Positions 1 through 8,400 of a stretch of 64,000 nucleotides of DNA are shown piece by piece. The DNA comes from Planctomycetota bacterium (GTDB taxonomy: Bacteria; Planctomycetota; B15-G4). The first letter of the stretch is position 1, and each line of letters starts with the position of its first letter. The position numbers and the translations under genes are program-made. The stretch lies in the NCBI GenBank assembly GCA_038212275.1, contig JBBQUR010000001.1, positions 128,001 through 192,000 of the forward strand, in the 5' to 3' direction. The notes beneath the pieces are model-generated. The model saw only the letters and a list, made by a program, of their open reading frames with translations, did not search any database and was not told the DNA's origin.

Positions 1-323
1 ACGTCGAGTCTGCCGATCGTGAAGAGGCGCCGGTCACGCGCGCGCTGCGGCAGGTAGTCCACGGCACGCGGCTTGCCGGGCGCGCTCGTCGTCGAGCAGA
101 TCGCGCCGCGCGGCTTGTGCAGGAGGTAGTGCAACTGAGGGGCGACATGCAGCAGCTGGCTGTCGCAGCGCACTTCGTTGATCTCGTCATCCACCTGTGT
201 GCCCAGCTCGGTGACGATCCTGCCGTCCACCTGCACGCGGCCCTGGGTGATGAGTTCTTCGCAGGCACGCCGGCTGCCGATGCCGCAGGAGGCCATGAGT
301 TTGTGCAGACGTTGTCGGGTCAT
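1..323 (-). CDS. rRNA pseudouridine synthase, RluB/RsuA family (5' part; runs off the window edge)
   Basis: Not in the ORF track. Manual translation from ATG 323 gives MTRQRLHKLMASCGIGSRRACEELITQGRVQVDG (S4 domain)...YLLHKPRG...LFTIGRLD (catalytic GRLD). ATGA overlap with the manA stop. Confidence 0.9.
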   Translation of the reverse strand, partial: MTRQRLHKLMASCGIGSRRACEELITQGRVQVDGRIVTELGTQVDDEINEVRCDSQLLHVAPQLHYLLHKPRGAICSTTSAPGKPRAVDYLPQRARDRRLFTIGRLD

Positions 324-1300
324 CGGGGGCCATCCACGGCGAGAAGCTGCAGGTCATGGCCGGCGATGTTCACTTCGCCGGACACGAGCAGAGTGTCACC
401 CGGGCGCACCACATGCACGCAATCCGCAGCGGAGACCGTGCCCGAGCCGGCCAGCGCGACCACGAAGCCGAAGCCACCGCGGGGCGCAAAGCTCAGCCCG
501 CTCTGCACGATCGTCCGACGCAAGCCAAAGGCCGCTTCGCCGATCAGCATGGTCCACCTGTCGGCCACCACGGGTGCTCGTCTCGGTTGCTCAGCCGGCC
601 CGTCGACGCAAGCCTCCCGGGCCTGCGGCAGGTGAAGCTGCCGGCCGCGACCCCAGTCGTGGATGCGCCACGTCGTGTCAGAGCTCTGCTGGACCTCGAA
701 GAGCTGCAGGCCCGGTCCGATGGCGTGCACCGTGCCGCCAGCGACGAAGAGCGTGTCGCCGGCCTGCACCTCGACGCGGCGCAGCAGCCTGAGCACCTGC
801 TCGTTGCTGGCGCCCGCGGCAGCGGCATCGAGGAGGTCCGAGGTCCGGACGCCGGGGGCGGTCCCGAGCCAGACGCTGGCGCTCGGCGAGGCCCGCAGGA
901 TGTGCCACGCCTCGCTCTTGCCGCATGGCAGTCCCTGGCGCACCGCGACCGCGTCATCGGGGTGAACCTGCACGGAGAGCCGCTGCTCGCAGTCCAGGAA
1001 CTTCAGCAGGAGCGGGAAGGCCGCGGCGGCGGGGATTCCCAGCTCAGGCCCGTGCCGATCCAGCCACTGCGCCAGAGTCTCCGGGCTGTCGCGCAGGCAG
1101 GTGGGTGCGGAGGGGAGGCAACTCGCCAGCCACCACTCTCCGATCGGAGCGTCGTCGAGGGAGTCCCCTCGAGTCGAGGGTGCTTCCGCGACGTCCGCGC
1201 CTCGGGGCGCCCAGCCGAAGCCGGGGCCGAGCGTGTGCCCGCCCCATGGTCGGGCCACGGGGCGCGGCGCCAACGGAACGGCCAGTGCCGAAGACCTCAC
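320..1300 (-). CDS. manA: Mannose-6-phosphate isomerase, class I
   Basis: Motifs PWGG, IGEWW, FPLLLKFLD, LSVQVHP, KSEAW, TVHAIG, EVQQSSDTTWR. Confidence 0.88.
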   Translation of the reverse strand: MRSSALAVPLAPRPVARPWGGHTLGPGFGWAPRGADVAEAPSTRGDSLDDAPIGEWWLASCLPSAPTCLRDSPETLAQWLDRHGPELGIPAAAAFPLLLKFLDCEQRLSVQVHPDDAVAVRQGLPCGKSEAWHILRASPSASVWLGTAPGVRTSDLLDAAAAGASNEQVLRLLRRVEVQAGDTLFVAGGTVHAIGPGLQLFEVQQSSDTTWRIHDWGRGRQLHLPQAREACVDGPAEQPRRAPVVADRWTMLIGEAAFGLRRTIVQSGLSFAPRGGFGFVVALAGSGTVSAADCVHVVRPGDTLLVSGEVNIAGHDLQLLAVDGPR

Positions 1301-1328
1301 CTGTCACTCCTGCGGGAAGTCCCGCAGA

Positions 1329-1520
1329 CTAGAGCGAAAGGCGAATCTCTTCCAGCAACTTGACCAGAGCGCGATCCAGCTGCTCGTCCGGAACGGTGTC
1401 TCCGTGGCGGACCAGCGCCGTCCAGGCAGCCGTCCGTTCCTCGGGTGTCGCCGTGCTCGGAAACTCGGGCAGCTGTGAGGGCGCCGCAGGCTTCGGTGTG
1501 TGATCGGTGTTGTGCGTCAT
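1329..1520 (-). CDS. Small protein resembling the C-terminal helices of the anti-sigma28 factor FlgM (63 aa)
   Basis: ATG 1520. Disordered N-terminus, then EERTAAWTALVRHGDTVPDEQLDRALVKLLEEI, resembling the FlgM pattern 'R...I..G.Y...L..A...LL.E'. A sigma28-like promoter lies upstream. Confidence 0.55.
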   Translation of the reverse strand: MTHNTDHTPKPAAPSQLPEFPSTATPEERTAAWTALVRHGDTVPDEQLDRALVKLLEEIRLSL

Positions 1521-1562
1521 GGTGTGTGTGGCCCTTTGGGTGTGCCCGCTGAGCCGACCCAT

Positions 1563-1590
1563 GTATCGAGGCAATCGCATGCGCACTTGA
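1563..1590 (-). promoter_or_regulatory. Candidate sigma28 promoter of the FlgM-like gene
   Basis: Minus strand reads TCAAG-N15-CTCGATAC, compared with the consensus TAAAG/TCAAG...GCCGATAA. Confidence 0.45.
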
Positions 1591-1623
1591 GCCGATCCTC
1601 AATCCCTGCAAACCGCCTGAAAA

Positions 1624-2199
1624 TCAGGCCTTATCGGAGACCTCGGGCGCCGCGTAGAGAGCAATCGTCGCGACGCCGTGCGTCCGCTGGCGGAGCATCC
1701 GCAATCCGTGCAGGACCACCGGTGCGATGCGGGCTGACGAGCACTCCGCCAGCAGCCTCGCCTCCGGTGCAAACACGGGAGCCTGGCATGCCGCAGCAGG
1801 CACCGGATCGAACAGGGCGTACGGCGGGTCGGCGAACACCAGGTCGTATTGCGCACCGGCCGGCGGCACGATCCGCTGGCAGTCCGCCACGAGCAGGCTC
1901 CACTCGTCGGGACGGAGGCGGGCAGCCTCCGCGTTGGCGCGCAGGGCGGCGACGGCTCTCGGCGCGCGCTCCACGAAGGTCACGTGCGTGGCTCCGCGAC
2001 TGAGGGCTTCGAGGCCCAGGGCTCCGGAGCCCGCATAGAGATCGAGGACGCGAGCGCCTGCCACGAGATCGCCGAGCATGCCGAACATCGCTTCGCGCAC
2101 GGCAGCTCGAGTGGGCCGCGTGTCGAGTCCGGGCGGGACCGCCAGGCGCAGTCCGCGCAGTCGGCCGCTGCTGATGGTGGGCGACGAGCTGCGGATCAT
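1624..2199 (-). CDS. rsmD: 16S rRNA m2G966 methyltransferase
   Basis: Motifs TRPT..VREAMF, LDLYAGSGALGLEALSRGA, DPPY. GGAGG ribosome-binding site (RBS) before ATG 2199. Confidence 0.92.
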   Translation of the reverse strand: MIRSSSPTISSGRLRGLRLAVPPGLDTRPTRAAVREAMFGMLGDLVAGARVLDLYAGSGALGLEALSRGATHVTFVERAPRAVAALRANAEAARLRPDEWSLLVADCQRIVPPAGAQYDLVFADPPYALFDPVPAAACQAPVFAPEARLLAECSSARIAPVVLHGLRMLRQRTHGVATIALYAAPEVSDKA

Positions 2200-2330
2200 C
2201 GAGCGCACCTCCCGTCGCGGCGGCAACCTTTCGTCGGCGTGTTTGTAAGCGGACTCACGAGCGCCGATAGTACCTGCCCGCGGCAGACCCACCCCGACGG
2301 GTTGTCACGAGAGTCCGCGGGCGATCGCCG

Positions 2331-3956
2331 ATGACACCACCCGATCCCGAATCGCCTGCGCTGCATGCCGGCTCGCCGCCGCCGGACAAGCTCCATGCCC
2401 ACCCGCCCGTGGTGCCGGCCGTCGTGGCCTCGGGACGGAAGGAGCGCGAGAAACGGGAGCTCGAACGCGCCCTGCGTCGCCTGCCGATCTACCTGATCGG
2501 GGCGGCCGCCATTCATGCGGCGCTCCTGCTGTGGTGGTGGACCTCGCTGAAGGGAACCCCTGGCGAGCGGCCGCCCTCCCGCATCGAGGCATCCCTCCTG
2601 GAAGAGCTGCCGCCGCTGGAGGACCCGTTGGACGAGGCGCCGTTGGACGAGGCGCTGGATGAACCGGAGCAGGTCGAAGAGCCGCCCACCATGACGGACA
2701 CGGAGGTGGATGACCCCACGCCGACGCTCGATGACGTCTTCGATCCGGGCGAAAACGTGCTGGGACTCGGCGGTGGAGGAGCAGGCGGCGGGCACGGTGG
2801 CGCGCGGCACTCGGCATTGTCGAGTGGCGAGATCCCGCTCGTGGTCGTCGGTGCGGGCGGCTCCGGCTTCAAGAGCTTCGTGGAGGACCTGCGCGAGCGC
2901 GGCCTGGACCTCGTCTTCGTGATCGACGCCACCGCAAGCATGGACAAGTTCATCGTGCAGGCGCGCGCGGCGATCGACGGCATCATCGAGGATGTGTCGG
3001 CGGTCGTTCCTGATCTGCGCATCGGCGTCGTGGCCTATCGCGATCGGAAGGACACGTGGCTCACGCGACAGGTTGCGCTCACCGATGACCGCTACCTCAT
3101 CCACAACTTCCTCGCGGATCTGGAGGCCGGCGAGGGAGGTGATTTCGAGGAAGCCGTGGACGAAGGTCTGCGCGTCGCCATCGAGGACCTGGCCTGGCGC
3201 GCCGGCAGTCGCCGGGTGCTCGTGCTCGTGGGTGACGCACCGCCGCATGCAGCGGACGAACAGAAGGCCCTGTCGCTCGCCCGCAGCTTCGCGCGAGATC
3301 GACAGTCGGTGCTGGACGTGCTGTACACGGGCGCGCGGCCCGGCAGCGCCGCCACCGACCAGGATCGGAACACGCAGAAATCGCTGGAAAAGCTGGCGCG
3401 ATCCGCCAACGGGCAGCTCACGAACCTGCAGGCGGGTGAAGACGACCTGCGCGCGCTCATCCTCGATGCGTCCTTCGGCATCGAATGGCGCGACGACATC
3501 CGACAGCTCCTGGGCCACTCGCGGGACGATTGGCGCCAGCGCATCGTTGCGGACAAGGTGGCGCATCAGCAGCGCGCCTGGCTGCTCGACAATCTCGACC
3601 GCACGCCGGTCCATCCCGCAATCGTGAACGGTTGTCTGACACTCTTCGATGCCTCGATCGCGCAGCGTGCGCTGGCGCTGCTGCTCGATGAGACGCGTGC
3701 GATCCCCGTGCGCTCGGTGGCGCTCTACCTGCTCAAGCACAAGCTCGCAGGGAAAATCGCGCTCGACGTGACGGCTCCGCTCGCCCAGCAGTCGGTGCAG
3801 GTCGCGTCCATCCAGCGCGCCGTGGGAAACTACGCTCGCAGCGGTCGCCCGCCGCCACCGCCACCGCCATTGCCGGGAGACGCGACGCCGAAGACTCCGA
3901 ATCCGCCGCCCGCAGGCACGCCCCCGGATGCGCCGCGAAAAGCTACGGGAGACTGA
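2331..3956 (+). CDS. Membrane-anchored von Willebrand factor A domain protein
   Basis: N-terminal TM helix, acidic linker, LDLVFVIDATASM (MIDAS), VAYRD, GGDFEEAV, VGDAPPH, and a Pro-rich tail. Confidence 0.8.
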   Translation: MTPPDPESPALHAGSPPPDKLHAHPPVVPAVVASGRKEREKRELERALRRLPIYLIGAAAIHAALLLWWWTSLKGTPGERPPSRIEASLLEELPPLEDPLDEAPLDEALDEPEQVEEPPTMTDTEVDDPTPTLDDVFDPGENVLGLGGGGAGGGHGGARHSALSSGEIPLVVVGAGGSGFKSFVEDLRERGLDLVFVIDATASMDKFIVQARAAIDGIIEDVSAVVPDLRIGVVAYRDRKDTWLTRQVALTDDRYLIHNFLADLEAGEGGDFEEAVDEGLRVAIEDLAWRAGSRRVLVLVGDAPPHAADEQKALSLARSFARDRQSVLDVLYTGARPGSAATDQDRNTQKSLEKLARSANGQLTNLQAGEDDLRALILDASFGIEWRDDIRQLLGHSRDDWRQRIVADKVAHQQRAWLLDNLDRTPVHPAIVNGCLTLFDASIAQRALALLLDETRAIPVRSVALYLLKHKLAGKIALDVTAPLAQQSVQVASIQRAVGNYARSGRPPPPPPPLPGDATPKTPNPPPAGTPPDAPRKATGD

Positions 3957-5469
3957 GCAGCCGCGGGGGGAGCAGGATGGGCGGTTGCTGCTCGGCCCAG
4001 GCCTGCCAGGCGCGCTGCACATCGTCCAGCTCCTCGCCGAAGGAAGCCTGCCACGCGATCCGGTGCAGCATCGGCGGCTCCTTGCCGGAGGCTTCCGGCG
4101 TCGCATCATAGGCCAGCAGGTAAGCCCCCAATTCGTCGGCGTGCTGCTCCATCAGGAAACGCAGCACGCTCCAGCTCACGCCGATCTCCATGCTGTCGAG
4201 ATCTTCCACCGGCTGCGACATGAGCGGCGCCAGTCGGCCCGCCTGGGCGGCGAGAGTCGGCCGCATCAGGTTCTCGTGCCAGTGGATGAAGTCTTCCCAG
4301 CCCTTCACGAAGGGGTCGATCGCCTCGTTGTCGGCGTTGCGCGCGAAGCTGGTGATCGTGATCGTGGCGTGCTGTGTGACCGCTCCTTCATAGAAGGCAG
4401 CCAGTCCGGCTTCGAACCAGCCAGGAGTCCGCGCGCCACCCTTGAGGCGCTGCAGCAGCACGTGCGCGAGCTGGTGCGTGACGGATCCGAGCCTGCCGAG
4501 ATCCTCGTCGCCGGCCAGCTCGAAGTTTTCGCCGTGGGCCACCAGGCCGATGAGCGGTCTCGGCCAGTAGAGCGTGAATCCGCGCGAGGCGCGGAAGCGC
4601 TCGCGGAAGGAGTTGCTCGCCCCGTAGCCGACGAGGATGTCGCTGTCCATCAGCCGTCCCACGGCGTCCAGGTCCGGAAGCGCGATCACCGGAATGTCGT
4701 AGCGCAGCAGCGATTTCATCCCGGCTTCGTCAGGCGTGAAGCGCAGCAACAGGTCCTTCACCACCAGGTCGAGGTTGTAGACCAAGGCCTCGGCAGCGTC
4801 CGTGTTCAGCTCCGAGAAAAGCGTCACGTAGGTGCCGGAGGTGGCCGTGAGCGGGATGTCGATCGCCGCCATGTCCTCCAGCAGGAGCGTCGTCTCGCCG
4901 GGGCGCCGCGCGATCCACTCGTCGTGCACCCGGATGAAGCCACGCTGCCGCATGACCTGCGCCTCGGGCTGCCAACCGCCGTCCTCCCAGAGCAGGCCGG
5001 CGGCACGCTGCTCCGCTTCGTGCTGCTTGACGTACTCCTCGACTTCCGCCGGATCGAGCCAGCGGTCGCCCACCTTCACGCGGCCGAGCGACTCGTTGGC
5101 GAGACTGTGGTCAGGGACGAGCGCGATCACCTCGCGGAGCAGCGCCCGTGAGTCGGCCACCAGGCCATTGTCGCGTGCCCAGAGCGCCAGTTCGAAGAGC
5201 GCTGCCGCATCGCCCGCCGGCACGTCCGCGCGCCGCGCCGCAAACTCCTGCGCGGCGGTGCGCTTCTCTTCGATCCGCGCCACCTTGCTGAGCGGTACCA
5301 CGACCTTGCCGAATTCGGTCGTCACGGTGATGTCGGTGGCCGTGCGCGCGCTGATCGTGCCCTCCAGCGTGCGGCCGTCCTTGTAGTGGATGACATCGGC
5401 GCGCGCGAGACACGACAGCAGCACGACAACGGTCAGCACTCGGATGGCGAGGATCGGCGTGATGCGCAT
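3943..5469 (-). CDS. Secreted protein with a degenerate gluzincin/DUF1570-like domain
   Basis: Signal peptide then DVIHYKDGRTLEG, a TPR-like segment, G..W.DG.W repeats, and HQLAH...PGWFEAGLAAFYE. Start taken at ATG 5469. Confidence 0.65.
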   Translation of the reverse strand: MRITPILAIRVLTVVVLLSCLARADVIHYKDGRTLEGTISARTATDITVTTEFGKVVVPLSKVARIEEKRTAAQEFAARRADVPAGDAAALFELALWARDNGLVADSRALLREVIALVPDHSLANESLGRVKVGDRWLDPAEVEEYVKQHEAEQRAAGLLWEDGGWQPEAQVMRQRGFIRVHDEWIARRPGETTLLLEDMAAIDIPLTATSGTYVTLFSELNTDAAEALVYNLDLVVKDLLLRFTPDEAGMKSLLRYDIPVIALPDLDAVGRLMDSDILVGYGASNSFRERFRASRGFTLYWPRPLIGLVAHGENFELAGDEDLGRLGSVTHQLAHVLLQRLKGGARTPGWFEAGLAAFYEGAVTQHATITITSFARNADNEAIDPFVKGWEDFIHWHENLMRPTLAAQAGRLAPLMSQPVEDLDSMEIGVSWSVLRFLMEQHADELGAYLLAYDATPEASGKEPPMLHRIAWQASFGEELDDVQRAWQAWAEQQPPILLPPRLLSLP

Positions 5470-5499
5470 CGGGTTTCCTGGGGCGGTATCTTGGGGCGC

Positions 5500-8400
5500 G
5501 TGGAACGTGACGTCAAACCGCTGCGAGTGGCCGGCTACGAACTGGGCGAGACGCTGGCCCAGGGTGCGGGCGGCACCGTCTTCATGGCACGCGATCGCCA
5601 CGGGCGCAGCGTCGTCTGGAAGCGTCACGAAGCCGGAGCAGGAGAGACAAGTGGCCTTGCCGAGGCGCAACTGCTCGGACTGAGGCACGCGGGGCTCGCT
5701 GCCTGTCTCGATGCCGGGCGCATTGCGGGTGACGGTCGCCTGTACACCGTGACCGAGCATGTGCTCGGCGCCGCCTTCGGTCCTGACGCTCTGGACCCGA
5801 CACCGGTGCCGGCCGAACGCGCACTCGCGCTGTGCGTCCGGCTGCTTTCCGCTCTGGCGACCGTGCACGAGCGCGGCCTGCTGCATCGTGACCTCAAGGA
5901 CGACAACGTGCGTCTCGAGGCCGCGACGGACAGGCCTGTGATTCTGGATTTCGGTCTGGCGTGCCTCGCCGCCGAGAGCGCACGACTGCCGGCCGCAGGC
6001 ACGCCGCGCGCCATGGCGCCCGAGCTTTTTGCCGGCGCGCCCGCCTCCGTCGCTTCCGATCTCTGGGCCGCAGGACTGCTCCTGGCCGAAGCGCTGCTGG
6101 GACGGCGCCTTTCACGTGCGACGGAACCCGAAGCGCTGCTCGCCGAACGCTCGGCCTGGTCCGGTTTTTCGGACGACGACTCCCGGCGTATCGGCGAGCC
6201 CGCGCTCGTGGCGCTGCTGGGGCGACTGCTGGATCCGCATCCCGAGCGCCGACCGCAGGACTGTCGTGCCGCACTGGCAGCCCTGCCGCAGCTCCCTGCG
6301 GCGCTTGCAGCGGAGCTGGCGCGCGAGCACCTCGATGGCCGCCTGTCGGGCGCGCTGGTCGCGCAGGACGAGTCGCGGCACGCGAGACTGGCCGCTCTCG
6401 CGCGCCGCGAGTCGTGGGTGGCCGCCTTTCCCACGCCGGACTCGACGCTGATCGATGCCGTGCAGACGGTCATCGCGCTGATGCGCGATGCCGCTGGCTC
6501 GTCGCCCGGACTGGATGCGCGGCTGGCGCGCGCCGCGGCGCTGGATGCACCCGGTGTCACGGATCTGTGCGGACTGATCGAGGCACTCGCCTCGCTCGCG
6601 CCGCTGACCCTCGAAATGGGCCTCTGCCGCGCGACTGCAGAGTCGCTGCAGGCCCGGCGCGAGGTCGCGAAGAAACTCGAGGTCGTGCCCGCCGTGCACG
6701 TCTTCGATGAGCCCGCGCTGACCAGCGACGGCGCGATCGATGCACTGCGCGCAGCCTTCGGGATGCATGCGGTGCTCGAACATCGCATGCGTGCCGCGCC
6801 TCCTCCCACGCGCGAGGCCCTCGCCCAGGCGCTCGGCGCACTGCTCCGTTCGGGCGTCGTCGGCACGTGGGCGGGCACGCTCGTCGTCACGGAGACGCGA
6901 CTCCCTCCAGGCTGGCCCGCGCAGGCTGTCAGCGCGCTGCCCGCAGACCTGAGCCAGCACGCGCGCACCGTGCTGGCTTTGCTCTGCCTGTCGCCTCGGG
7001 CCTTGTCGGCGCGGGATTGCCAGGCTGTCGTGGGCTCGTCGGTCGAAGCGGCGCTGCGGGAATTGCAGCTGCCGGGTCTGATCGTCCGCCACCGTTCCGA
7101 TCCCGCCGACCTGCACGCGCCGGTCGACGGCCGCAGTGCGCGCGGCTGGCGCGCACTGCTTCCCGTGCCGTCCGGCATGCGGTCCCGGCTGGCGCTCGTG
7201 ATGGCCGAGAGCGGCCGCCGCGACCGGCATCCGGAGGCGACGGCTGCGACGCACGCGGCGCATGCGGCGCATGCGGCGGCTGCGACGCATGCGACCGAGA
7301 GGAAGGGGCTCCACGATGCGGAGCCAGCACGCGCATCGGACGCCGATGCGGGTGGCCTCTTTGACGAGGAGGCGGCGGCTGCCGTCGCGGAGGTGCTGGG
7401 CAGCGAAGCTCCGGCCACGCACGATGCCGACGAGCTGACGCAGGTCATCCTCGAATCCGCCGAGACCCTGCGTCGCGTGGGGCGGGTCAGCCTCGCTGCG
7501 GAACTCCTGCGACGCGGACTCTCGGGTTGCGACCTCGGCAGCCGACGGCTGCGCGCGCTCTGGCTCGGTCTGCTCGACGCGCTCATCCGCCTGCAGTTCT
7601 TCGATCAGGCACTCGCCGCCCTCGCCGAGGCGCGCGCACAACTGGCCGACGATCCGGCGCTCGACGTGCGCGAAGCGCGCACGCACTTCCTGCGCGGGCA
7701 GGTGCCCGAATCACTGGCCTTGCTCGACAGGCTGGAGGTCGGGGCCATGCCGCGTGACGATGCTCTGCTCGCCCTGCTGCTGCGGAGCCAGGCGCGCCAG
7801 ACCGCCGGGCGCCTGCCCGAGGCCTTGACCGACGTGCGCGAGGGATTGCGCCGCGCCGGCGAACCCGGCGACCGCCACACGATGGCGCTCCTCGAGCGCG
7901 CGGCCGTCATCGAGGCACGTCTCGGGCACTTCGACGAAGCCGTCCGCCTCTACGAGTCCTGCATCGCGCTGGCGCGAAAGCTGGGCCGAGGCCTGCTGGT
8001 GGGCAGCCCGATGTTCAACCTCGGGCGCGCCCTGGTGGCGCGCGGAGAACGGCGGCGCGGTCTCGCAGTGCAGGAAGATGGCGCGCGCCAGCTCGCGCTT
8101 GCCGGCGATCAGGCCAACCTCGCGATGGCGCTCAACAGCCTGGGCGCCGAGTGGATCTCGCTGGGACGGCTCGACACGGCGCGTCGACACCTCGCGCGTT
8201 CCCTGGAGATCGCGCGCAGCCTGCCCGCGCTCGGCGTGGCGGCGATGGCGCTCAACAACACCGGTCGCGCCCTTGCCGCCGAGGGGCGGCACGACGAGGC
8301 CGAGGCGGCCTTCGCGGAGAGCCTGCGGATCCGCGTCGCACGCGGCGACCGCGTGGGGCAGGCGGCGGTCGCGATCATGCGCGGCTTCGTGCGTTGCCAG

